Shown here: in pieces, positions 44,913 to 55,314 of the stretch | Numbering within the stretch: the first letter of the stretch is position 1 | How the letters are laid out: each line of letters starts with the position of its first letter | The notes under the pieces: generated by a model | The model's input: only the letters and a program-made list of their open reading frames with translations | Told to the model about the DNA's origin: nothing | The model's database searches: none | Origin: Candidatus Multivorans sp. | GTDB taxonomy: Bacteria; Acidobacteriota; Thermoanaerobaculia; Multivoradales; Multivoraceae | DNA length: 64,000 nt | Assembly: GCA_965247095.1 (NCBI GenBank) | Contig: OZ251997.1 | Span: 3,808,001 to 3,872,000, forward strand | Reading direction: 5' to 3' | Program-made: the position numbers and the translations under genes

Positions 44913-47258
44913 ATGGCAGAGCGACGCAATGATCATCTCAGGCCGTGCTCGCTGGCCGGAGAACATGAAGAAAGTCGCGGGTTCGTCGGGACGACGTTGT
45001 TGGTCCTGGTCCTGAGCTTGGCGTTAGGGTCTAAGTCCGGACTCGATGCCCAAGGGATGGGTCGCGTCGAGTTGTCAGTTCAGGTGAGTGCGTCCGTTGC
45101 AGGGGCAGACGCGCCCCCCAGGGAGGTGGTACTTGAGGTGGCCGATCCGGCCACGCGAGAAATACTGGCTTCCTACGTTATCGAGGCGACGATCGGTGAG
45201 GATCAGTTTGCGATAGACGTGTCTGCTCTGGAGTCGCGGTCCGGCTGGCTTGTGTTGGCGCGAGCGCCAGGCTGGTGGAGCCCCGCGGTGCACGTTGCGG
45301 TTGACGCGCGCGAGGCGGCGTTGACGCTAGTCCGCGAGGGCGTGGTCCGGTTTGCGTTGGACGGTGCCGGGGCCGACCTTCGGGCGGAGGACATTTGGAT
45401 CGTAGGTAGGATTCACAATAGGAACAGACGTCGGGCTGGCGCGATGTACGAGGGGATATACAGCGGGCCTTGCGAGAGCGATCTTGATTCAAACAGGCGC
45501 GAGATTCGGATAGCCTGTCCGTTCGCCCGCGATGAGGTTGCCGATCTTCGGATCAGCATGGGCCCTTTCCTGCCCTTGACGCGTTCGGATGTGCCAATCG
45601 CTGCGGACACCGACCTTGGCATCGTCGAAGCGGTCAGAGGGGCAAGCATAAGCGCTCGCTTGGCTTCGGGCGAAGCTCTGGGGCAGGAGTTCGCTTTGCT
45701 CCCCGACGCTTCCCTGGCGCTACCGTGGTCTGGGTGGAGCGATGCCGGAGGTTTCTTCAAGTTCGAAGGGCTGAACCGCGGAAGCTACGAACTGCGTCTG
45801 GCGGGTTCCCGGGACGACAGGTGGCCAGTGCGCATCCGGTCGTTGGCCGACATCGTCTACCTTGGTGAGCTCGTATCGCCGGCAGGCAGCCTGCTGACGG
45901 TCTCGTTAAGATTGCCCTTAGTCGAGCTTGACGGCCTGATACCCATGGTTCGGCCGGTCGCGTTGAGCACGACCGGCGCGGTCGAATGGCATGGTGCGAA
46001 GGCCGGGCCGCAGGAGGTGCGACCGGTGGGCTCGTTCATTTGGCGGGGTCTGCGCTCGGGCGACTATGAACTTCTGGTCGAGGACGATCGAGGCAACCGT
46101 TGGTACCGAGAGTTGATTGAACTCACCGGCAGCGACCACGTCGACGTCGCACTTCAGGCCGTGCCGCTTCGCGGCCGCATCGAGCGCGGTTCGGAACCTC
46201 TAGACGACGTCATCGTCTGGTTTGGTGCGTTGTGGGGTACGGAACGGATCGCATTCGCCGCCGACGACAACGGCCGGTTCGGCGGTCTGCTCCCACGGGA
46301 GGGTTATTGGAGCGTCGTAGTAACGCCGAGCCTCGCTTGCGATCCATGCGATAATGGATGGTACGAGGATACTTGGCACAACCTTGGTAGGCGCGAAGCG
46401 AGCGAGGCCGGTATCATAGAAGTCCGAGAATCCTCCGACGGCATTGCGCGCGTGACGATCAGGTTGCCAAGCAGCGGAGTCTCCGGTCGGGTTGTAAGTG
46501 TGAACTTGGCGGGCGGAACGTCTTCGCCGGCGGAGGGCGTTCGTGTCTGGGTAAAGGCCGTGCACAAGGAATCGGAACCCACCGCAACCCTAGTGTCGCC
46601 GACCTCTTGGCTGAGGGAAACTGCGAAACGAGGGACTCTTGAGGTAAGCGGCCTGCCGGCTGGCGGGTACGAGATCCATGCCGAGGCGCGGATTGGCGAG
46701 CGCGTACTCCGGTCGGCGACACAGCAGCTTCAGGTCGCCGAGCACGAGTGGATCGAAGATCTGGAACTGCGACTGGAGAACCGACGGGCACTACGTGTCG
46801 TAGTCCGTGCAGGCACATTTCCGGTTGGCAGTGCTTGGACCATTGCCAACCCGACGACCACTCCCTCCGAGGTCTCGATCGTGAAGACGCGTAGCGACGG
46901 AGGTGCCAAGCACTGGTTGCCGATGTCGACGCAGCGAGTCGACGTGGTGATTCTGGCGGATGGTCTCGGAAGCGTTGGCAGGCGTTTCGAACTGCCGGAG
47001 CACGGACCCATTGAAGTCGAACTCCGTGAAGCGCGCGGTGACTTGCGAATTCCGTTGGGGAAGATCGGCGCAGTCGTTACTCCTGGAGGTGTCGCGATTC
47101 CGATGACGACATTCCTTTCCTTCGGGCAGGTCCGCCGCGACGGTTTTGCCTGGATTGTAGACGGCCTCGCACCCGGTAGCTACCTGTTCTGCCCGGTATC
47201 TGGAGCCTGCAAGACTGCCGAGGTCGTGCCCTGGGCGGAGAGCAGAGTCGCGGAGTGA
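44913..47258 (+). CDS. Large exported beta-sandwich (carboxypeptidase-regulatory-like) repeat protein
   Basis: Signal/TM segment; repeated GL..G.YEL motifs (GLNRGSYEL, GLRSGDYEL, GLPAGGYEI, GLAPGSYL). Confidence 0.7.
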   Translation: MAERRNDHLRPCSLAGEHEESRGFVGTTLLVLVLSLALGSKSGLDAQGMGRVELSVQVSASVAGADAPPREVVLEVADPATREILASYVIEATIGEDQFAIDVSALESRSGWLVLARAPGWWSPAVHVAVDAREAALTLVREGVVRFALDGAGADLRAEDIWIVGRIHNRNRRRAGAMYEGIYSGPCESDLDSNRREIRIACPFARDEVADLRISMGPFLPLTRSDVPIAADTDLGIVEAVRGASISARLASGEALGQEFALLPDASLALPWSGWSDAGGFFKFEGLNRGSYELRLAGSRDDRWPVRIRSLADIVYLGELVSPAGSLLTVSLRLPLVELDGLIPMVRPVALSTTGAVEWHGAKAGPQEVRPVGSFIWRGLRSGDYELLVEDDRGNRWYRELIELTGSDHVDVALQAVPLRGRIERGSEPLDDVIVWFGALWGTERIAFAADDNGRFGGLLPREGYWSVVVTPSLACDPCDNGWYEDTWHNLGRREASEAGIIEVRESSDGIARVTIRLPSSGVSGRVVSVNLAGGTSSPAEGVRVWVKAVHKESEPTATLVSPTSWLRETAKRGTLEVSGLPAGGYEIHAEARIGERVLRSATQQLQVAEHEWIEDLELRLENRRALRVVVRAGTFPVGSAWTIANPTTTPSEVSIVKTRSDGGAKHWLPMSTQRVDVVILADGLGSVGRRFELPEHGPIEVELREARGDLRIPLGKIGAVVTPGGVAIPMTTFLSFGQVRRDGFAWIVDGLAPGSYLFCPVSGACKTAEVVPWAESRVAE

Positions 47259-47334
47259 TGCAAGGGGGATCGGCATTGCCGGCGCGGTGGTTCCCAGGAC
47301 GCGGCGGGAGTCCGCTTGGGCCTGCTCTTCCGAC

Positions 47335-48741
47335 TCAGGCGAACGACCGCCCCCCGATCACGGCCCAGATGATCCACAGGATCGCGATCGGGCAGACGTA
47401 CCGGAGCAGCACGCGCCAGATGGGATACCACCGGCTGACTTCGCCGTGGCCCTGGGCGAGTTCCTCTCGTGACGCGCGGCCGGTCAGGAACCAGCCGATG
47501 AAGAGGGCTGTCATCAGGCCGCCGAGGGGCAGGATCCAGTTCGACACGGTGTAGTCCATCGTGGCGAAGAAGCCTTCGGTGCGTTCGCCGAACGGCGCGA
47601 AGGAGGAGAGGGCGCCGCTGGCGCCGAGCGAGAGGGCGGAGGGGATGCCGAAGGCGAAGATGGCGCCGCCGGTGACGAGGCAGGCGTTGCGCCGGCTGAA
47701 ACCGCGACGGTCGATCAGGTAGGAGGCGACCGTCTCGAGCAGGGAGATGGTCGAGGTGAGGGCGGCGAAGGCGACCAGCATGTAGAACAGCGGCGCCAGG
47801 ACCACGCCCAGGGGCATCTCGTAGAACATGCGCGGCAGGGTGGTGAACAGGATCGTGGCGCTCTTGCCGAAGGTGGTCGCCCGCTCGGCGGCGTCGACGC
47901 TGAAGATGATCGAGAACATGATGATGCACGCCATGATCGCGATCAGGGTGTCGAGCAGGCTGATCGCGACGGCGCTCTTTGCAATCGACTGCCGCGACGT
48001 CATGTAGGAGCCGTAGGTGAGCATCGCGCCCATGCCGACCGAGAGGGTGAAGAACGCGTGGCCCACCGCCTCGAGCAGTCCGTCGGCGGTGATCGGGCCG
48101 ACATGGAAGAGGAAGCGGATCGCCTCGCCGAAGCCGGGGCTCCAGAACGAGTTGACGACGAGCAGGAGCAGGATCGCTCCGAGCACCGGCATCAGGATCT
48201 TGGTGACGCGCTCGATGCCTTCGCGAACGCCCAAGGTGACGACGCCGACGGTGACGACCATGAACAGGGCGTGGAAACCGATCTGGAGCGGTCCGTTGGC
48301 CAGGAAGCCGCTGAAAGCCTCTCCCAGCGCCTGACCCTCCTTATCGAAGCCCCGGACCGACCAGCTCAGGCACTGGCCGAAGTAGTAGACGGTCCAGCCG
48401 GCGATCAGCGCGTAGTAGGAGAGCAGGATGAAGCTGCCGGTGACGCCGAGGGCCCCGACCGCGCCCCATGCACGGCCTCCCAACGTGTTCTTCGCAGCCT
48501 TGATGAAGGCGCCGACCGGACTCTGCCGTGTACGCCGCCCGATCACGAGTTCGGCCATCATGATCGGCAGGCCGATCAGGGCGATCGCGACCAGGTAGAC
48601 GAGGACGAAGGAGCCGCCGTCGTTGGCGTAGGTGATGTACGGGAACTTCCAGATGTTGCCGAGCCCGATCGCGGAGCCGACGGCGGCGAAGATGAACCCG
48701 AGTTGACCGAACCTGCCGCGTCCGTTGGTGCCGTTTGCCAC
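47335..48741 (-). CDS. Sodium-dependent transporter, neurotransmitter:sodium symporter family
   Basis: GSAIGLGNIWKFPY, AFFTLSVGMG, FAALTSTISLLE; GTG start with GGAGGG RBS. Confidence 0.93.
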   Translation of the reverse strand: MANGTNGRGRFGQLGFIFAAVGSAIGLGNIWKFPYITYANDGGSFVLVYLVAIALIGLPIMMAELVIGRRTRQSPVGAFIKAAKNTLGGRAWGAVGALGVTGSFILLSYYALIAGWTVYYFGQCLSWSVRGFDKEGQALGEAFSGFLANGPLQIGFHALFMVVTVGVVTLGVREGIERVTKILMPVLGAILLLLVVNSFWSPGFGEAIRFLFHVGPITADGLLEAVGHAFFTLSVGMGAMLTYGSYMTSRQSIAKSAVAISLLDTLIAIMACIIMFSIIFSVDAAERATTFGKSATILFTTLPRMFYEMPLGVVLAPLFYMLVAFAALTSTISLLETVASYLIDRRGFSRRNACLVTGGAIFAFGIPSALSLGASGALSSFAPFGERTEGFFATMDYTVSNWILPLGGLMTALFIGWFLTGRASREELAQGHGEVSRWYPIWRVLLRYVCPIAILWIIWAVIGGRSFA

Positions 48742-48828
48742 GCTAGTTCCCTCCCCTGGGCGCCGTCTCTTGGTGGCGGCGGTGGGCATGACCGCCCTGC
48801 CTGCCGCCGGATAGCGTAGCGGAGTCCG

Positions 48829-51800
48829 CTACGGCCGGGCCGAAACGGCGCGACCGAAAGCCGTCGCCCCTTGGAAGGGCGACTCCGGCCCGACGACCCG
48901 CGTCAGCCAGCGCTCGCGGTAGGCGTCGAGTTCGGGCGTCCGCGGATAGCTCTCGCCGGGTGCTGTGGGATACCCGGACATCGCCTGGAAGGGCAGCGGC
49001 AGGTTGCTGTCCGCCTTCCAGGTGTTGCGGTCGGCGTCCTTGTCCCAGCCGAAACTCTCCAGGAAGACGGTGCGGGTATAGCCGGGCTTGGGGGGCTTAA
49101 GGCCGCGGGCGTCGAAGCGCAGGCGGATCTCGTCGCCGGGGCCGATCACGACCTGGCGGTCGTCGACGGCGGTCAGGAGTTCGCGGACGTCGCCGAAGCG
49201 CGTGTAGCGGCCGGGGAAGGGCAGCCACGGGGACTCGGTGCTCGTGCGCTGGTAGTCGAACAGGTGCGGACCGTTGGGGGCAGGCCTGGTCTGGGTCGAG
49301 AACCCGCGGTAGGCCAGTTCGGCCGTGGCCGTGTCGAGACGGGCCTGGACGACGACGTCGGCGCCGCCTGTTCCGCCCATGTCCGTGCTCCAGGCGACCT
49401 TGTCCCAGTGCAGCCAACGGGTGGTGACGATCCGCAGTCTGGTGGCGCCCGTGGGCAGCGGCGGCGTGTCGACGATCATCGTCTTCGTCTTGCCGGGGGG
49501 GAAACCCATCGGGTCGAGCAGCGGCCGCCAGCCGTCCGCGGTCTCGACCTCGAGCCGGGTCATGACCATCTGCAGGTCGCCGTGCTCCACCGCCTGGGCG
49601 ATCGCGAGATTCAGGCTCGCGTCGGCCGGGAACACCCAGCCGTCGAGCCACAACCGGACCGGCTTCCCCGGCGCTTCGCCGAGGTCGAAGGTGAAGGCCC
49701 AGGGCTCGGCGGCGTGGCCCTGGTAGCGCGAGCGCTCGTAGCCGTCGGCGTAGACCTCGTCCCGGGCCCGGACCCGCCCGGTCACGTCGCGGCCGCGGCC
49801 ATCGGTGGCGTGGACTACCGGGCGGATTCCGGCGCTGGCCACCACTGCGTCGGGCGGGCGGTCGACGTGCCCCTGGCCCGGCACGATCCTCAGGTTGCTG
49901 GCGACCGACACGTCGTCGCGGTGATCGACCACCCAGAGCCGCGCGCGGTCGAAGTAGGCGGCCTCCCACAACTCCTCGGTGATCCGCAGGTCGTAGAAGC
50001 CGTCGCGCGGGGCGGCGCCGTCGACCCGGACCAGCTCGTCGGGGTCGTAGCCGTTCCAGACCCCGTCCGCGAGGGGCATGCCCAGCGGGGCGCCCCACAG
50101 CAGGTCGGTGACGAAGGTGATCTTGTCGCCGTCCCAGGTGTAGAGGAACGGGCAACTGCCCTTGAGCACCTGCTCTTCGACGATGGTCTGGTTTCGGCCC
50201 GGCGCCAGGCGGTTCTGCGGCACGCCGTTGGCCCAGACGACGCGGATCAGATCGGCCTGCCTGCGGTTGCCGAGGCCGATGTGGGTGACCTCGCGGTCGA
50301 CCTCGAAGTACTGGTACGCCCGGCCCGACCTGACCTCGATCGTCGTGCCGCGGCCGAAGACGTTGTTCTTCTGGCTCGCCACGTCGAGACCGACCAGGCG
50401 GACGCGCAGCCAGTTGTTCTCCGAGCCGTCCAGGTTCTCGATCCGGTAGAGGCCGGTACCGCCCGCGGCGACGAGGTCCTGGTCGCCGTCCTCGTCGAGA
50501 TCAGAGGCTCGGACGGCCACAAACTGAGGGTCGCGGGGCAGGCCGGTGACGCGGGCGAGGCGGAAGTCGAGCGCCTCCGGGCCGGAGTCCGAGGTCTGGG
50601 TGAGCACCCGCAGTTCGCCTTCCGCGACCAGGGCGAGATCGAGCCGGCCATCGTTGTCGGCGTCGAGAACGGCCAGGTCGGTGGCGCCCTCCGGCAGCGC
50701 GGCCGAACCGGGGCTGAGGGGGAAGGGCGCCACCGCCCCGTCCTCATTGCGCTTCAGGATGACCGTCGAATCGCCGGCGAGCAGGAACTCGGGCACCCCG
50801 TCGCGGTCGAGGTCGGCGGTTCGTACGACCCGCACCGGCGCTCCTGTGGTCAAGGCGCTCGCTGCCGGCTCGTCGGCGCTCACGAGGCTGATCAGCCTCC
50901 CGAGCAGACCGCGGCTGGGCGCGGGCGGGGTTCTCTCCGCGAACCGGCCTTGCCGGAGATTGTCCAACCACAGGACGCCCTCGTCGTGCGCGAGCAGCAG
51001 GTCCGTGTCGCCGTCGCGGTCGGCGTCGGTGGCCTGGAGGTGGTGGTACCGGCGCGCCTCGACTTCGGGCAGCGCCTGCCGCCCCAGGGCCTCAAGGGGG
51101 CCCTCGAACACTTTCTCGCCCGACACGTTCCTCAGCAAATCGGGCACGCCGTCCGCTCGGGCCACCGCGAGGTCGAGGTCGCCGTCGCTGTCGAAGTCGA
51201 TCAGGTCGGCCGCGGTTGCGGCCAGCGAGCCAGGCAGGAACCGGTCGCTGGCGTCCCCGAACCGGGGCGTGTCGTCGACCTGCCAGACGGCCAGGGGATC
51301 GCCGACCGAAATCAGGTCGAGCCGTCGGTCGTTGTCGGCGTCGCCGACCACGAGGACCTGGGCGCCGGTCTCGGGGGCGGCGCCCGGTGTGGCGTATCCG
51401 GTTGCCGCCCGCCGCAACTCAAGGCGTGCCCCCGCACCATCCGGGCCGCGGGCGCTCGCCACGCGGGCCATGTCGGGCCGGTCGTCGCCGTCGAAGTCGG
51501 CGACTTCGAGGGCCCGGCCCGAGGTGGGTGCGTTGTCGATCCGGGTGGCCCGGAAGCGGGCGGGACTTGCGGGGCCGAAGTCCTCGCCCGGTTCCTCGTC
51601 TTCGAAGCGCTCGACGGGAATGCCCCGGATGTTCGTGTAGACCTCGGCCAGGCTGCTGTGCCAGCCGGGGGTTTCGAGCAGGACGTTCTTGATCCGGGGA
51701 GCAAAGCGGCGGGCGCGCTCCATGTCGTCGGCCTCCAGCGCGTCGAGGACCTCCCCGAGCACCCGCTCGGCGATCGGCCGGGCCTGCCAGATCAACTCCC

Positions 51801-52383
51801 GCACCCGCAGGTAGTCATCGCTTGCCCGCCCTCGGTCGCCGTCCGCAAGCGCCTCGGCGCCGCTCAGGAGCAGGACGACCAAGTTGTCGGGCCGCAGGCG
51901 CCGCAGCCGGTCCACCGCGTCCCGCCGATCGGCTTCGGCCTCGTCACCGGTCATGATCTCGGCGTGCCGGAAGAGCGCGTACTGCGTCTCGGGATCGTCG
52001 GGCGCTGCGCGGGCGGCGCGGCGATAGTCCGCGAGCGCATCCTCGTTGCGGCCGTTCGTCCATCGCAGGATTTCGGCGCGGATGAGCAGCAGGTCGGCCC
52101 GGTCGCCGCCCAGTTCCAGGGCCCGGTCGATCGCCGCCAGCGCCTGCTCGTGCCGGTCCTGTCGCAGCAGGGCTACGCTCAAGTTGGCGTGGCCGAGGGG
52201 TTCCTCCGGCAGCAGTTCGATCAGCCGCCGATAGGTGGTTTCGGCTTCCGTCGCCTGCTCGTTCTCGAGTTGGGCGTAGCCGAGGTTTCGCAGGCGCACC
52301 ATCTCTTCGGACGGTTGAGCGCACGCGGCTGCGGCGGCGGCGAGCGCGGCGAGAACGAGAACGGCTGGGAGTTTGCGGAGCAT
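48829..52383 (-). CDS. TPR + FG-GAP + ASPIC/UnbV (CRTAC1-like) lipoprotein
   Basis: Lipobox AAAC, TPRs, repeated DxDxDGxxD, HIGLG..VWANG, GSCPFLYTWDG. Confidence 0.85.
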   Translation of the reverse strand: MLRKLPAVLVLAALAAAAAACAQPSEEMVRLRNLGYAQLENEQATEAETTYRRLIELLPEEPLGHANLSVALLRQDRHEQALAAIDRALELGGDRADLLLIRAEILRWTNGRNEDALADYRRAARAAPDDPETQYALFRHAEIMTGDEAEADRRDAVDRLRRLRPDNLVVLLLSGAEALADGDRGRASDDYLRVRELIWQARPIAERVLGEVLDALEADDMERARRFAPRIKNVLLETPGWHSSLAEVYTNIRGIPVERFEDEEPGEDFGPASPARFRATRIDNAPTSGRALEVADFDGDDRPDMARVASARGPDGAGARLELRRAATGYATPGAAPETGAQVLVVGDADNDRRLDLISVGDPLAVWQVDDTPRFGDASDRFLPGSLAATAADLIDFDSDGDLDLAVARADGVPDLLRNVSGEKVFEGPLEALGRQALPEVEARRYHHLQATDADRDGDTDLLLAHDEGVLWLDNLRQGRFAERTPPAPSRGLLGRLISLVSADEPAASALTTGAPVRVVRTADLDRDGVPEFLLAGDSTVILKRNEDGAVAPFPLSPGSAALPEGATDLAVLDADNDGRLDLALVAEGELRVLTQTSDSGPEALDFRLARVTGLPRDPQFVAVRASDLDEDGDQDLVAAGGTGLYRIENLDGSENNWLRVRLVGLDVASQKNNVFGRGTTIEVRSGRAYQYFEVDREVTHIGLGNRRQADLIRVVWANGVPQNRLAPGRNQTIVEEQVLKGSCPFLYTWDGDKITFVTDLLWGAPLGMPLADGVWNGYDPDELVRVDGAAPRDGFYDLRITEELWEAAYFDRARLWVVDHRDDVSVASNLRIVPGQGHVDRPPDAVVASAGIRPVVHATDGRGRDVTGRVRARDEVYADGYERSRYQGHAAEPWAFTFDLGEAPGKPVRLWLDGWVFPADASLNLAIAQAVEHGDLQMVMTRLEVETADGWRPLLDPMGFPPGKTKTMIVDTPPLPTGATRLRIVTTRWLHWDKVAWSTDMGGTGGADVVVQARLDTATAELAYRGFSTQTRPAPNGPHLFDYQRTSTESPWLPFPGRYTRFGDVRELLTAVDDRQVVIGPGDEIRLRFDARGLKPPKPGYTRTVFLESFGWDKDADRNTWKADSNLPLPFQAMSGYPTAPGESYPRTPELDAYRERWLTRVVGPESPFQGATAFGRAVSARP

Positions 52384-52517
52384 GGCTTGTAGCGGCCTGT
52401 GCGGTCTGTGGCGGCGCAATGCTACGCCTCCTGTGTTTTTCCGGCGCCTGGTTCACGGGCGTCTCGCCCGCATTCGGCGGGGACGGAGCCGGGACGGCAA
52501 CTAGAGTAGTCGCCGCC

Positions 52518-55199
52518 GTGACCGCCAAGCGCCTCTTTCTGATCGACGGGTACTCCACGATCTTCCGGGCCTTCTACGCGATCCGGGGATTGTCGACCTC
52601 CGCGGGCGAGCCGACCAACGCGATCTACGGCTTCATCAACATCCTGCGCAAGCTGCTGCGCGACGAGGAACCGCCGCTCCTCGGCATCGCCCTCGACGTC
52701 GGGCGCGCCACGGTGCGTACGGAGGCCTACGCCGAGTACAAGGCGAACCGGGCGCCGATGCCGGAGGACCTGAAGGCGCAGATGCCGGCGATCCGCCGGG
52801 CGATCGAGGCCTTCCGCATCCCGATCCTCGAGCTGGAGCGCTACGAGGCCGACGATGTGCTCGGCACCCTGGGCAAGAAGGCGGAGGAGGCGGGCTACGA
52901 CGTCACCATCGTCAGCGCCGACAAGGACCTGTTCCAACTGGTGAGCGACCGGGTGTCGATGCTCCACACCGGCCGCGAGAAGATCTATGACCCGGCCATG
53001 GTCGAGCAGGACTTCGGCGTACCGCCGGGGCAGGTGGTCGATGTCCTCGCCCTGGTCGGCGACCCGGTGGACAACGTGCCCGGGGTGCCGGGGATCGGCG
53101 CCAAGGGTGCGCAGACCCTGGTGCGCGAGTACGGGACCGTCGAGGCTCTTCTGGAGGCGGCGCCCGAGCTCAAGCGCAAGGCGTACCGCGAGGGACTTCA
53201 GGAACACGCGGAAAAGGCCGTGCTGTCGAAGGAGCTGGTCACGATCCACACGGATCTCGATGTCCCCTTCGATCCCGAGGCACTCACGATGGAGGCGCCG
53301 GACTACGAGGCGCTGGCGGAGTTGTGCCGGGAGTTCGAGTTCTGGAGCCTGCTCAAGGAGCTCGAGGGCGAGAGCGGCGGCCCGGAGATCGAGCCGGCCA
53401 TCGTTCTTCAGACCGTCGAGGCGTTCGAGGAGGCGGCGTCGGACCGGTGTTCCCGGATCGCGGTCGGCGTGGTCTTCCGGCGCGGTGGCGTGCCGGTGGG
53501 GCTGTCGTTTGCGCCGGTCGCGGGCAAGGCTGACGGGGAGGGTGAAGGGGCCGCGGAGATCGGCCGGGCCTGCTTCGCGGACTTCGGGCGTCCCGGCCTG
53601 CGGGAAGCCGTGGCGGCGAAGCTGCGGGCGTGGCTCGCCGACCCCGCCCTCGAGCTGATCGGGCACGACCTGAAGGAAGTCGTCCGCCTCTGTCCGCACC
53701 GGGAGGGCCGGCCGAGGGTCGCCGCGCGCCTGGTCGACACGATGCTGATGGCCTACCTCGTCCACTCCGCGGTGCGCAGCTTTGGGCTGGCGACGGTTGC
53801 CTTAGACCGCCTTTTCTACAAGGCCACGACGCCGGCGGACGCAGGGTTGGGCGATCAGACGGCGGCTCTCGGCGACGACACCGGTCTCGGCGTGTACGCG
53901 GCCGAACAGGCGGTGCTGCCCGCTCTGATCCTCGAGGCGCTTGCTCCGCAGTGGGAGGAGACGCCGGGGGCGCGTGAGGTCTACGAACAGGTCGAGGCGC
54001 CCCTGCTGCCGGTGCTCGCGGCGATGGAGGAGGAGGGCATCGAACTCGACAGCGGCGTTCTGTCCGACATGTCGCGCCGCCTCGAACTCGACGCCGGCGA
54101 CCTGGCGGAGGAGATCTTCGACCTCGCCGAGGAGCGGTTCAACATCCTGTCGCCGCAGCAGCTCGGCGTCATCCTGTTCGAGAAGCTGGGGCTCCCGGTG
54201 CTCGGCCGCACCCGCAAGACGAAGAAGTACTCGACCGGCGCCGACGTCCTGGAGCAGCTCGCGCAGCGCGGCCACGACCTGCCGGCGAAGGTGCTGCACT
54301 ACCGCGAGCTGACCAAGCTCAAGTCGACCTACGTCGACGCGCTGCCGGATCTGGTCGCAGACGACGGCCGCCTCCACACCCGCTACCACCAGGCGGTGGC
54401 GGCCACCGGCCGGCTGTCCTCGCACGACCCGAACCTGCAGAACATTCCCATCCGCACCGACCTTGGGCGCGAGGTGCGCCGCGCCTTCCGCGCCCGCGAC
54501 GGCTACCAGCTCCTGGTGGCCGACTACAGCCAGATCGAGCTGCGGGTGCTCGCGCACATCTCGGGCGACGAGACGTTGACCTCTGCGTTTCGTCGCGGCG
54601 ACGACATCCACCGCTCGACCGCGGCCACGGTGTTCGGCGTGTCGCCGGCCCTGGTCACCGACGAGCAGCGGCGGGCCTCCAAGACGATCAACTTCGGGAT
54701 CATCTACGGCATGAGCGCCTTCGGCCTCGCCCGCGCCCTGGGCATCGCGCGCGGCGAAGCCCAGAAGTTCATCGACGCCTACTTCGAGCGGTTTCCCGGC
54801 GTGCGCACCTACACCGAGCAGACGCTGGCGCAGGCCGAGGAGGAGTTGCGCGTCGAGACGCTCTACGGCCGGGTCCGCTACCTCCCGGACATCAAGAGCC
54901 GCAACCGCGCGGTGCGGGAGAACACGCGCCGGATGGCCGTCAACGCCCGCATCCAGGGCACGGCCGCGGACCTGTTGAAGCTGGCCATGATCGCCGTCGA
55001 CCGCCGGCTGCGCGCGGAACTCGAAGCCGCGCGGCTGCTCTTGACCGTCCACGACGAACTCGTGCTCGAGGCGCCCGCCGGCGCCATCGACGACGTCGCC
55101 GGAGTAGTCAGGGAAGAGATGGAGGGAGTCGCCGACCTGAGCGTGCCCCTGGTCGTCGATGTCGGCACCGGCCCCGACTGGTACGACGCGAAGGCGTAG
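52518..55199 (+). CDS. polA: DNA polymerase I
   Basis: LIDG..FRAFYA, EADDV, TGRLSS..PNLQNIP, ADYSQIELR, TVHDEL. Confidence 0.97.
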   Translation: MTAKRLFLIDGYSTIFRAFYAIRGLSTSAGEPTNAIYGFINILRKLLRDEEPPLLGIALDVGRATVRTEAYAEYKANRAPMPEDLKAQMPAIRRAIEAFRIPILELERYEADDVLGTLGKKAEEAGYDVTIVSADKDLFQLVSDRVSMLHTGREKIYDPAMVEQDFGVPPGQVVDVLALVGDPVDNVPGVPGIGAKGAQTLVREYGTVEALLEAAPELKRKAYREGLQEHAEKAVLSKELVTIHTDLDVPFDPEALTMEAPDYEALAELCREFEFWSLLKELEGESGGPEIEPAIVLQTVEAFEEAASDRCSRIAVGVVFRRGGVPVGLSFAPVAGKADGEGEGAAEIGRACFADFGRPGLREAVAAKLRAWLADPALELIGHDLKEVVRLCPHREGRPRVAARLVDTMLMAYLVHSAVRSFGLATVALDRLFYKATTPADAGLGDQTAALGDDTGLGVYAAEQAVLPALILEALAPQWEETPGAREVYEQVEAPLLPVLAAMEEEGIELDSGVLSDMSRRLELDAGDLAEEIFDLAEERFNILSPQQLGVILFEKLGLPVLGRTRKTKKYSTGADVLEQLAQRGHDLPAKVLHYRELTKLKSTYVDALPDLVADDGRLHTRYHQAVAATGRLSSHDPNLQNIPIRTDLGREVRRAFRARDGYQLLVADYSQIELRVLAHISGDETLTSAFRRGDDIHRSTAATVFGVSPALVTDEQRRASKTINFGIIYGMSAFGLARALGIARGEAQKFIDAYFERFPGVRTYTEQTLAQAEEELRVETLYGRVRYLPDIKSRNRAVRENTRRMAVNARIQGTAADLLKLAMIAVDRRLRAELEAARLLLTVHDELVLEAPAGAIDDVAGVVREEMEGVADLSVPLVVDVGTGPDWYDAKA

Positions 55200-55200
55200 C

Positions 55201-55310
55201 CCTCGGAACCCGGGTGGCGCGATTTGCGCCACCCGTGAACCACTCCGTGCGCCCGTCATCGGGCGCACGGATGGAACGCGGGCGTCTCGCCCGCATCCGG
55301 CGCGGAAGCT
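55201..55310. repeat. Composite palindromic element (family C + family B) between convergent genes
   Basis: Hairpins CGGGTGGCGC/GCGCCACCCG, CCGTGCGCCCG/CGGGCGCACGG, GCGGGC/GCCCGC. Confidence 0.85.
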
Positions 55311-55314
55311 CGCT

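Noticed and set aside
48871-52392. 1173-aa + strand ORF and other long antisense ORFs (e.g. 26088-28442, 16872-18512, 53802-55268)
   Set aside because: Shadow frames opposite well-supported genes in high-GC DNA, with no recognisable motifs
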